From an uncultured Gemmatimonadota bacterium (GTDB taxonomy: Bacteria > JAAXHH01 > JABIQT01), in NCBI GenBank assembly GCA_964470965.1, contig CAYYIS010000001.1, forward strand, positions 79,247 through 143,246: a stretch of 64,000 nt of DNA, in the 5' to 3' direction. Positions 48,359 through 56,479 of the stretch are shown here, piece after piece. Position numbers and translations under genes: made by a program. The notes below the pieces were generated by a model that worked only from the letters and a program-made list of their open reading frames with translations, did not search any database and was not told the DNA's origin. The first letter of the stretch is position 1. Each line of letters starts with the position of its first letter.

Positions 48359-49222
48359 ATGACTCTGCAGCAGGCCAAAGCTGATATTATCCATGTGGGC
48401 CGGCGCATGTACGACCGGGCCTATGTTGCGTCCAATGACGGCAATATCAGCGTGCGGCTTTCGGATGATCGCCTTCTGGTGACTATGACCGGTGTTAGTA
48501 AAGGCTTCCTTACACCCGATCAGCTTATCGTCATCGACTATGACGGGAATGTAGTCTCCGGCAAGTACAAACCCTCCTCCGAGATCAAGATGCACCTGAT
48601 GGTGTATCAGGAACGGCCGGATGTCCACGGTGTCGCCCATGCCCATCCACCTACTTCTACCGGATTTTCGGTTGCGGGGATACCGCTCGTAGATTGTCTG
48701 TTGCCGGAAGTGGTCGTAACGCTCGGGTCCGTACCGATCGTCGAATACGGCCTGCCCGGTTCGATGGAACTGGTAGAGCCGATCCGGAAGTACGTCCACG
48801 ACTATGACGCCTTTCTCCTGGAAAACCATGGTGCCCTGACCATAGGCCCCAATGTGATCAATGCATATCACAAGATGGAAACCATGGAACATTTCGCTAA
48901 CATCTCCCTTACGGCGCGCCTTCTCGGTAACGTAAACGTTTTTGGACAAGAAGACGCGGAGAAATTGATGGGCCTGCGTGAGCGCTTCGGCGTGACGACC
49001 AAAGCGGTCTGTCAGTTTCGGGAAGGTCAGAGTATCAGTCAACCCCCTTCTCCTTCTTCGGTACCCATCATGCCCTCAAATAAAGGCGCGGATCCGGAGA
49101 ATGAACCATCTCAGGAAGAACTGGTCCGACGCATTACGCAGGAAGTTGTGAGTCGTCTGCGAGACACGGACGGCGGTGCCGGTGAGGATGGAGGGCAGGC
49201 GAAGATTATCCCTGTTAGGTGA
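48359..49222 (+). CDS. class II aldolase (fuculose/rhamnulose-1-phosphate aldolase-like) with C-terminal encapsulation-peptide extension
   Basis: Zn motif GVAHAHPP and LENHGALTIG. About 65 aa tail: a Pro/Ser linker, then the amphipathic helix EELVRRITQEVVSRLR. Confidence 0.88.
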   Translation: MTLQQAKADIIHVGRRMYDRAYVASNDGNISVRLSDDRLLVTMTGVSKGFLTPDQLIVIDYDGNVVSGKYKPSSEIKMHLMVYQERPDVHGVAHAHPPTSTGFSVAGIPLVDCLLPEVVVTLGSVPIVEYGLPGSMELVEPIRKYVHDYDAFLLENHGALTIGPNVINAYHKMETMEHFANISLTARLLGNVNVFGQEDAEKLMGLRERFGVTTKAVCQFREGQSISQPPSPSSVPIMPSNKGADPENEPSQEELVRRITQEVVSRLRDTDGGAGEDGGQAKIIPVR

Positions 49223-49236
49223 CTGGCGCCAACTCC

Positions 49237-50436
49237 ATGTACATTCTCATCGCCAATGTCGGCAGTACATCATTCAAATTTCAGCTATTCGACAGTGTCA
49301 GCCTATTAGCAATTGCCCAGGGGCGTCTGGAGCGGATCGGAGCTTCATGTGCACCGGTGCAGTACCGGACGACCGGCGGGGATGAGATTGTCAGGACTGT
49401 GGATCTGCCTGATTTTGCATCGGCAATCCGATATAGCATGGAATTGATGGCGGACTCTGATATTGGGGTCTTATCCGATCTGTCGGAAATTGCGGCCGTG
49501 GGTTTCAAACCGGTACACGGCCAGGAGGTCACCGGCTGCCGGGAATTGACAGAGGATATTCTGACGAAAATGGAGGCAGCGAACCCGTTGGCTCCGGCGC
49601 ACAATCCGCCTTATATCGAGGCAGTCCGTCTGTTCGCCGAATTGATGCCGGTTCTGCCGCTGTACGGTCTGTTTGAACCGACCTTTCACCAGACCATGCC
49701 GCTCCATGCTCAGATATATGGTGTGCCGTACGAGTGGGCCGAGCAATACGGTATTCGGCGCTATGGTTTTCACGGCGCTTCCCACCGTTACATTGCCGAA
49801 CGGACACCTGTTTTACTGGGACGCGCCGCTGATGCGCTCAAGATCGTGTCCTGCCATCTGGGTGGAAGCTCATCCCTCTGCGCCGTCGACAGCGGCAGGT
49901 CGGTAGACACCACCATGGGGCTGTCACCTCAGTCAGGCCTGATGCAGTCCTCCCGAAATGGCGAACTGGACCCGTTCGCGGTTTTATACGTGATGGATAG
50001 AACCGGTATGACGACAGATGAGATGCGTACGGTTCTGTGCAAACAAAGTGGCCTAAAGGGCCTCTCGGGCGTGGACAGCGGTGATATGCGCGACTTACTG
50101 GAAGCCGAACAGAATGGCGATGCCCGGGCACATTTGGCGGCGGATGCCTTTGTTTATGAGATCAAGAAACATATTGGCGCCTATGCCGCTGCTATGGGAG
50201 GGTTAGACGCCATCATCTTCACTGGCGGAATCGGCGAACGGAGCCCAGTGATTCGTGAACGTATCTGTAACGGCCTCGGCTTTCTCGGTGTGGTCATCGA
50301 CAGAACTAAAAATCACATGGTAGATGGCGAGGCCATTGTTTCAGAAGCGCACGCCCAAGTAACTGTCGCTGTAGTGCCCGCCAATGAGGAACTGGTGGTC
50401 GCCCGGGAAGTGGTGAAGGCGCTTGGTGAGGTGTGA
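49237..50436 (+). CDS. ackA: acetate (acyl) kinase
   Basis: ILIANVGSTSFKF, GFHGASHRY, CHLGGSSS, PANEELVVAREV. Confidence 0.92.
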   Translation: MYILIANVGSTSFKFQLFDSVSLLAIAQGRLERIGASCAPVQYRTTGGDEIVRTVDLPDFASAIRYSMELMADSDIGVLSDLSEIAAVGFKPVHGQEVTGCRELTEDILTKMEAANPLAPAHNPPYIEAVRLFAELMPVLPLYGLFEPTFHQTMPLHAQIYGVPYEWAEQYGIRRYGFHGASHRYIAERTPVLLGRAADALKIVSCHLGGSSSLCAVDSGRSVDTTMGLSPQSGLMQSSRNGELDPFAVLYVMDRTGMTTDEMRTVLCKQSGLKGLSGVDSGDMRDLLEAEQNGDARAHLAADAFVYEIKKHIGAYAAAMGGLDAIIFTGGIGERSPVIRERICNGLGFLGVVIDRTKNHMVDGEAIVSEAHAQVTVAVVPANEELVVAREVVKALGEV

Positions 50437-50478
50437 CGTGTACAGGAGGGGCGAACTTGATGATAACCTGGAGTACCG

Positions 50479-51213
50479 GTGAGCATAAAATCATTTAGAG
50501 AAAATCCTTGTTCCCAGTGTGAAGACTGTCGGCTCTGTGAAGCGGTGAGCCATCAGTCGGAGGAGGAACGCATTAAGGCGGTTGTACGGGAGACGGTGGT
50601 TCGAGTGCTGGATCAGCAGGTCGGTCCGAGCCCCGGCTTCGAGCTACCAGTAGGGGTATCCGCCCGGCACTTGCATGTTACGCAAGAGGATTTGGACGCC
50701 ATTTACGGACCCGGGCATCGACTGACGAAAATGCGGGAATTGCAGGGCCCCGGTGAATTCGCTGCTGAGGAGACTGTGACGCTTGTAGGACCGAATATGC
50801 GGGCGTTGCAGGGCGTTCGCATATTGGGGCCGTGCAGGAGTGTCACACAGGTGGAACTTGCGCCCACAGACGGTGTCTATCTGGGCATCGCACTTCCTCT
50901 ACGTGCCTCCGGGGATATCGAAGGCTCGGCTCCGATCACCATCATTGGTCCCAAGGGGGGACTGACGCTCAGTCAAGGCGCAATCCGGGCCGATCGGCAT
51001 CTACATATCGATCCGAAACTGGCGGCGCAGTATGGTGTATCCGACGGTCAGTACCTCCGTGCTGAAGTGCCTGGTCCCGTAGGACTGACGTTTAACCACG
51101 TTCGGATCCGCGTCAACGACGGCTTCGATCCGCCCGCCATGCATATTGATACCGACGATGGTAATGCTGCCGGCCTTCGATGTGGAGACATCGTACGTGC
51201 AATTGTGGGGTAA
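50479..51213 (+). CDS. pduL: PduL-type phosphotransacylase with N-terminal Cys motif and encapsulation peptide
   Basis: Two PduL repeats (VSARHLHVTQEDLDAIYG; ADRHLHIDPKLAAQYG). N-terminus has CSQCEDCRLC, then the helix EERIKAVVRETVVRVLDQ. Confidence 0.88.
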   Translation: MSIKSFRENPCSQCEDCRLCEAVSHQSEEERIKAVVRETVVRVLDQQVGPSPGFELPVGVSARHLHVTQEDLDAIYGPGHRLTKMRELQGPGEFAAEETVTLVGPNMRALQGVRILGPCRSVTQVELAPTDGVYLGIALPLRASGDIEGSAPITIIGPKGGLTLSQGAIRADRHLHIDPKLAAQYGVSDGQYLRAEVPGPVGLTFNHVRIRVNDGFDPPAMHIDTDDGNAAGLRCGDIVRAIVG

Positions 51214-51361
51214 GGGTTTCTGAAACTACGGACACCCCACTGATAAAAAAGACAGTAAATGTAGTTATTTTAATAATAAAGAGTTGATATTTTCCCCAGA
51301 TTGCATATTTTATCTGGTTCCGGATTCTACCGAATGACAATAGGATTAGAGAGGATTTTCC

Positions 51362-51628
51362 ATGGAAGCCTTAGGTATGATTGAAACCCGTGGCCTCGTC
51401 GCCCTTGTCGAAGCCGCGGACGCGATGGCCAAAGCTGCTGAGGTCAAGCTGGTGAAATACGAAAAGGTAGGCGGCGGTTATGTAACGGTCATGTGCCGTG
51501 GCGATGTAGCTGCAGTCAAGGCGTCGGTTGATGCCGGCGCAGCGGCAGCGGAAAGAGTCGGTGAAGTTGTGTCCACACATATCATTCCGCGTCCTCATTC
51601 TGATGTGGACGATGTACTGCTGAAGTAA
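51362..51628 (+). CDS. BMC-H shell protein (PduA/EutM-like)
   Basis: [12 protein letters not shown]...[21 protein letters not shown]...IIPRPH; 88 aa. Confidence 0.93.
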   Translation: MEALGMIETRGLVALVEAADAMAKAAEVKLVKYEKVGGGYVTVMCRGDVAAVKASVDAGAAAAERVGEVVSTHIIPRPHSDVDDVLLK

Positions 51629-51685
51629 GACCCCGGATGTTATATTGGAATTGTATCACAAACAGCCCTACACTATGAGGTAGTC

Positions 51686-51991
51686 TTGGAACTTGGACGA
51701 ATTGCAGGCACAGTTGTCGCTACTCAGAAAAGCGAAGGTCTCGTCGGCTATAAACTGTTGGTCGTAGACCTGCTCAAAACGGATGGCGAAATCACCGGTA
51801 CCAATCTGGTGGCGCTGGACACGGTAGGTGCCGGCATGGGGGAGACGGTGATTGTCGTACGCGGTAGTTCCGCACGCCAGGCGGAAGGTATGACCGCCGT
51901 TCCGGTGGATGCCTCGATCATCGCGATTGTCGATTCCATAGAGGTGGAAGGTAAAGTCAGGTTCAAGAAATCAAAAGACGAATGGGATTGA
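51686..51991 (+). CDS. BMC-P pentameric vertex protein (EutN/CcmL family)
   Basis: MELGRIAGTVVATQK...VALDTVGAGMGETVIVVRGSSAR; TTG start after GAGG. Confidence 0.9.
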   Translation: MELGRIAGTVVATQKSEGLVGYKLLVVDLLKTDGEITGTNLVALDTVGAGMGETVIVVRGSSARQAEGMTAVPVDASIIAIVDSIEVEGKVRFKKSKDEWD

Positions 51992-52018
51992 TCAAAGCAC
52001 CGATTATGGGAGTCGGTA

Positions 52019-53449
52019 GTGAATATGAATGAACGTCAAATCCAGGCAATTGTTCAAGAGGTTATCGCGGAACTTGGCGGACGGAAAAACGGATCGGTGT
52101 CGCCTGTTCCTTCCGGTGGACGATATGGTCAGTTCGCGGGGATTGATGATGCTATCGCGGCGGCGGAACGATCGTTTCACCTTCTGCAGGAAACATCGCT
52201 CGAAATCCGCGAAAAAATGATCGCTGCCATGCGTCAGATAATCTTGGAAAACAAAGAAACCCTGGCCAAGATGGGCGCAGAAGAAACCGGCATTGGCAAC
52301 TGGGAAGATAAGATCAACAAACATATCGTCGCAGCGACCAAGACGCCGGGATTGGAAGATATCTCCCCGGAAGCCGTAACCGGAGACCACGGACTGACGG
52401 TCACCGAGCGGGCGCCGTACGGCGTCATTGGCTCTATCACACCGATGACCAACCCGTCCGAGACTATTGTCAACAATGGTATTTGTATGATCGCCGCCGG
52501 AAACGCAGTCGTCTTCAACGCGCACCCGAGCGCCAAACGTGTGACCATGAAGGCCGTGGAGCTGATGAACCGGGCTATCGTCAACGCCGGTGGCCCCGAT
52601 AATATTCTGGTCGGTGTAGCGGATCCGACGCTCGATACCGCCCGGGTTCTGATGACGGATCCCAGAATCCGCCTGCTTGTGGTGACCGGTGGTCCCGGTG
52701 TCGTCAAGGCGGCGATGGCCAGCGGAAAAAAGGTGATCGCCGCCGGTCCCGGTAATCCTCCTGTAGTGGTGGATGAGACTGCGGATCTGGAAAAAGCGGC
52801 CAAATCGATCGTGGATGGCGCAACGATTGACAACAATATCTGCTGCATGTCCGAAAAAGAGATTATCGTTGTCGATTCGGTGGCTGACGAACTCAAACGA
52901 CATTTAGAGAATTACAAAACAGTGGAACTGACAGGCGGACAGGTCAAGGCTGTCACGAATCTGATATTCGACGAGTGGGAGGGTGTGGGGTGTAAGGATG
53001 CGGTGTTGAACCGAAAATTCATAGGTCAACCGGCATTGAGCATATTGAAAGAACTCGGAATTCCCGCTCCGCCGGATACACGGTTGATATTGATAGAGAC
53101 GGCGGAAGACCATCCGCTGGTCTGGAAAGAACAGATGATGCCGGTGATGCCGCTCGTACGTGTAATTGATGTAGATCAGGCCATAGAATTTGCGAAAGAA
53201 GTCGAACAGCAGTGCTATCATACCGCACTCATGCATTCCCGCAACGTTGAGAAATTGAGCAAAATGGCTCGGTATATGAACACTACCCTTTTTGTCAAAA
53301 ATGGGCCGTCCTATGCGGGTCTCGGCTTCGGAGGTGAAGGCCCGACCGCGTGGACGCTCGCCAGTCCGACCGGCGAAGGTCCGACCATGCCGCGCACTTA
53401 CACGCGGCCGCGTCGTTGTGTATTGGTCGATTCATTCAGGATCGTATAG
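52019..53449 (+). CDS. CoA-acylating aldehyde dehydrogenase (PduP/EutE family) with N-terminal encapsulation peptide
   Basis: N-terminal helix ERQIQAIVQEVIAELGG plus linker. Catalytic Cys context IDNNICCMSEKEIIV. Confidence 0.9.
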   Translation: MNMNERQIQAIVQEVIAELGGRKNGSVSPVPSGGRYGQFAGIDDAIAAAERSFHLLQETSLEIREKMIAAMRQIILENKETLAKMGAEETGIGNWEDKINKHIVAATKTPGLEDISPEAVTGDHGLTVTERAPYGVIGSITPMTNPSETIVNNGICMIAAGNAVVFNAHPSAKRVTMKAVELMNRAIVNAGGPDNILVGVADPTLDTARVLMTDPRIRLLVVTGGPGVVKAAMASGKKVIAAGPGNPPVVVDETADLEKAAKSIVDGATIDNNICCMSEKEIIVVDSVADELKRHLENYKTVELTGGQVKAVTNLIFDEWEGVGCKDAVLNRKFIGQPALSILKELGIPAPPDTRLILIETAEDHPLVWKEQMMPVMPLVRVIDVDQAIEFAKEVEQQCYHTALMHSRNVEKLSKMARYMNTTLFVKNGPSYAGLGFGGEGPTAWTLASPTGEGPTMPRTYTRPRRCVLVDSFRIV

Positions 53450-53469
53450 CGCAGGATTACCGGGTTCTC

Positions 53470-53760
53470 GTGGACATAGAACGCCTTATCGCTATTATCG
53501 TGAAGACGGTCGTTGAAGAGCTCGCACGTCAGGGTTTCATCAAGGCTACCGGGCGCCCGAACCCTCCTGGCGTATCGAATACCGTTTCAGATGCGGCAAC
53601 AGAAACCGCAAAGAGCCGAAAAAGGGTTGTTTCCGCTGAGATGGTTCTGGAGGTCGCCAGGGCTGGCCATATTGAGCTCGAAGTGGCCTCGGACGCACTG
53701 ATCACGCCGCTGGCGCGGGACACGGCGAAGGAAAAAGGCCTCACCATACGACGAACATGA
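53470..53760 (+). CDS. small BMC-locus protein with N-terminal encapsulation-peptide-like helix
   Basis: GTG start. MDIERLIAIIVKTVVEELARQG, a low-complexity linker, then a roughly 45-aa C-terminal domain (VVSAEMVLEVARAGHIELEVASDALITPLARDTAKEKGLTI). Confidence 0.55.
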   Translation: MDIERLIAIIVKTVVEELARQGFIKATGRPNPPGVSNTVSDAATETAKSRKRVVSAEMVLEVARAGHIELEVASDALITPLARDTAKEKGLTIRRT

Positions 53761-53773
53761 TACAGGATGGCAT

Positions 53774-54049
53774 ATGCGGCTCGGGAGAATAACAGGTAAA
53801 GTCTGGGCAACGAAAAAAGAGGCCTCCCTGCATGGCCTGAAACTCTATGTCATGCAGCCACTCGACCACCAACAGGTTCCGCAGGGATCGCCGCTGATCG
53901 CTGTCGATGCTATCGGCGCGGGAGAAGGCGAGATGGTGTTCTGGGTCGCCGGGGTCGAAGCCACCCTCGGGTTTGAAGGGCGGACCATCTCGTCTGATGC
54001 CACCATCATTGGCATCGTCGACAGCGTACATGCGCAGGGCGTTGCTTAA
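53774..54049 (+). CDS. BMC-P pentameric vertex protein (EutN/CcmL family)
   Basis: MRLGRITGKVWATKK...IAVDAIGAGEGEMV. Confidence 0.9.
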   Translation: MRLGRITGKVWATKKEASLHGLKLYVMQPLDHQQVPQGSPLIAVDAIGAGEGEMVFWVAGVEATLGFEGRTISSDATIIGIVDSVHAQGVA

Positions 54050-54069
54050 TTGCTGCGAGGAGGCGGGAG

Positions 54070-54357
54070 ATGGTGATCGGTCGCGTAGTCGGCAATATAG
54101 TTTCTACTGTAAAACACATGCTCTACGAGGGCAAGAAATTACTGCTTGTGCAGCCGCTGAAAACCGATAGAAAGTCACCGCAGGGTAACACAATGGTCGC
54201 TGTAGATACCGTTGGCGCTGGGATCGGCGAGATCGTCCTGGTGGCCGCGGAAGGTAAAGCAGCCTCAGAAATCCTCGACGTACCGCGAGGTCCGGTGCGT
54301 TCCATAATTGTGGGCATAATAGACACGGAAAAGGTCTTAGACAATAACCATTTTTAA
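54070..54357 (+). CDS. BMC-P pentameric vertex protein (EutN/CcmL family)
   Basis: MVIGRVVGNIVSTVK...VAVDTVGAGIGEIVLV. Confidence 0.9.
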   Translation: MVIGRVVGNIVSTVKHMLYEGKKLLLVQPLKTDRKSPQGNTMVAVDTVGAGIGEIVLVAAEGKAASEILDVPRGPVRSIIVGIIDTEKVLDNNHF

Positions 54358-54368
54358 GAGGAATTAGC

Positions 54369-54671
54369 ATGACAACCACCCGTAAAGAACTTGTGAATGA
54401 AATCAGCGAAGCGCTTGGTATGAAGAAGACGCACATCGATCCGATCATCGACAGTCTGTTCGATATCATGCGCGAAAACCTGGTGGAGGGCAACCGCATC
54501 GAAATCAGAGGTTTCGGTGCTCTTGAGATCAAGGACACCAATCCGAAACCCTCAGCCAGGAATCCCCGCACTGGAGACAAGATCGCAGTCCCGGCGCGAC
54601 GCAAGGCCAAGTTTAAACCCGGTAAAATCCTGAAAGAAGCCCTCCGCGCTCAACGCAAACATACAGACTAA
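54369..54671 (+). CDS. HU/IHF-family DNA-binding protein
   Basis: RIEIRGFGALEIKD...ARNPRTGDKIAVPARRKAKFKPGK; 100 aa. Starts 11 nt after the last BMC-P gene. Confidence 0.88.
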   Translation: MTTTRKELVNEISEALGMKKTHIDPIIDSLFDIMRENLVEGNRIEIRGFGALEIKDTNPKPSARNPRTGDKIAVPARRKAKFKPGKILKEALRAQRKHTD

Positions 54672-54685
54672 AGTGGGCGTCCCGT

Positions 54686-55705
54686 ATGGATGATGTTTAT
54701 CCGGTCGGCAAGCTGCCCGCCAGGGATTTGGAACGCCTCCTTTCCCGCTTCACCGGTGAAGAGGATGACCGTATTGTTGTCGGCCCCGGTATCGGTGAAG
54801 ATGCGGCAGTCATCTCGTTTGGGAACACTGCGCTGGTCGCCAAGACCGACCCCATTACTTTCGCCACCGACCATATCGGATGGTACGCCGTACATATCAA
54901 TGCCAACGACATAGCGTCCATGGGCGCCGTACCTAAATGGTTTCTGGCAACCCTCCTACTGCCGGAGGGGAGGACAACACCTTCGCTTGTAAACACCATC
55001 TTCACCGGTCTGACCGATGCGTGTGCTGACCTGAATGTCACATTGTGCGGCGGACACACCGAGATCACCCACGGGTTATCGCGTCCCATCATCATAGGTC
55101 AAATGCTGGGTGAAGCCGACGCAGACCGGGTTGTATCCGCCGCCGGCACACAGGTCGGCGATGAAATCATCCTCACCAAGGGTATCGCGATTGAAGCTAC
55201 CGCATTGATAGCGATCGAGAAAGGAGAACAGCTGGCCGGCGAGTATCCGGAATCTTTCCTTTCACGATGTAACAACTACCTCAAGGATCCTGGCATAAGC
55301 GTGGTAAAAGATGCCCGTGTCGCTGTTGAAACCGGCGGTGTGCACGCCATGCATGATCCCACCGAGGGTGGCCTCGCCAGCGGTCTTCACGAACTGGCCA
55401 AAGCCTCCGGCACCGGTCTTCTGCTCGAAGCGGACCGGGTGCGAATCCTTCCGGAAGCCGAGATTCTGTGTCGGAGATATGGCCTGGATCCACTGGGAAC
55501 CATCGCTTCCGGAGCGTTATTGATCACGTCCGATCCGTCTTTTACCTCTTCTATCATCGAACAGCTGAAGGAGGCAAATATCGCCGCGGAAAAAATCGGA
55601 GTGATCCAGGAGGCGAAATTCGGTTGTAAGATGAAACGCCGCGGAAAAGTCACCGAGTTGCCGATGTTTAATCGGGATGAGATTGGAAAAATCTTTGAGC
55701 AGTAA
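54686..55705 (+). CDS. AIR-synthase-related (PurM/HypE/ThiL superfamily) protein
   Basis: GIGEDAAV, NDIASMGA, GGHTE, DPTEGGL motifs. Lacks the SelD N-terminal Cys/Lys motif and the HypE C-terminal Cys. Confidence 0.75.
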   Translation: MDDVYPVGKLPARDLERLLSRFTGEEDDRIVVGPGIGEDAAVISFGNTALVAKTDPITFATDHIGWYAVHINANDIASMGAVPKWFLATLLLPEGRTTPSLVNTIFTGLTDACADLNVTLCGGHTEITHGLSRPIIIGQMLGEADADRVVSAAGTQVGDEIILTKGIAIEATALIAIEKGEQLAGEYPESFLSRCNNYLKDPGISVVKDARVAVETGGVHAMHDPTEGGLASGLHELAKASGTGLLLEADRVRILPEAEILCRRYGLDPLGTIASGALLITSDPSFTSSIIEQLKEANIAAEKIGVIQEAKFGCKMKRRGKVTELPMFNRDEIGKIFEQ

Positions 55706-55984
55706 CTGCGGTTCGGTAATTTCTTATCTATACAATGACAGCTATCATTCGAGACGCACCACCGGGTCGTCTCTATCGGTACCGCTGTATGGAAGTTGTG
55801 GTCCTACGGGCCCTTATCCCAGGAGATTTGTGCAGCCATGGCGTTGTAAAAAGCGCTTGCATTACGAATAGGAGGTCGTTAGATTGCGGCTCATAGGGAA
55901 TCGGTTGTCGGCCTATCCGAGTTTATTTCCTTAAGTAATAATAGGCTGAAACTGAACAATACAGACATCGGGAGGGCGCATCAT

Positions 55985-56464
55985 ATGTCTGAAAAAATCA
56001 TGGAGATTCTCGTGCTACTGATGCAGCATATGCAGGAGGAGCAGGGACACTTTGACGATATTTCGGATGTTTCACAGATTCTTACAGGCCAGGGTTATAC
56101 ACACCAGGAAGTGACCACCGCGCTGTCCTGGCTTTTTGAAAGACTCCATGAACGGGCAGAACCATTGATCGACACCGCCCAACCGTTACGATCCAAACCA
56201 AATCGCATACTTCATTCGATTGAAAAATTAGTCATCAGCCCGGAAGCCTACGGCTTTCTGATTCAATTGCGGGGCCTCGGTTTGATTGACGATGTACAGA
56301 TGGAGATGCTCATCGAGCGCGCCATGCTTACCGGCGCCCGTCACATCTCACAGAACGATATGAAATCCATAGCCGCTTCTATTCTCCTCAACTCGGAAGG
56401 GGCAACATGGTTACCGCTTCCTGATGCATCGGACGATATGAATGATGCGATGCCATTTAATTAA
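55985..56464 (+). CDS. smg: Smg (DUF494) protein
   Basis: Similar in length and pattern to E. coli Smg. Conserved position immediately upstream of topA. Confidence 0.75.
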   Translation: MSEKIMEILVLLMQHMQEEQGHFDDISDVSQILTGQGYTHQEVTTALSWLFERLHERAEPLIDTAQPLRSKPNRILHSIEKLVISPEAYGFLIQLRGLGLIDDVQMEMLIERAMLTGARHISQNDMKSIAASILLNSEGATWLPLPDASDDMNDAMPFN

Positions 56465-56479
56465 GAATAATCTTATATC

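Noticed and set aside
54686-55705. AIR-synthase-superfamily protein considered as selenophosphate synthetase (SelD), which would fit the SelA-like and NifS-like relics.
   Set aside because: It lacks the SelD N-terminal Gly-rich Cys/Sec-x-x-Lys motif. Its overall pattern fits the generic AIR-synthase-related / HypE-like group, and it also has no HypE C-terminal Cys.
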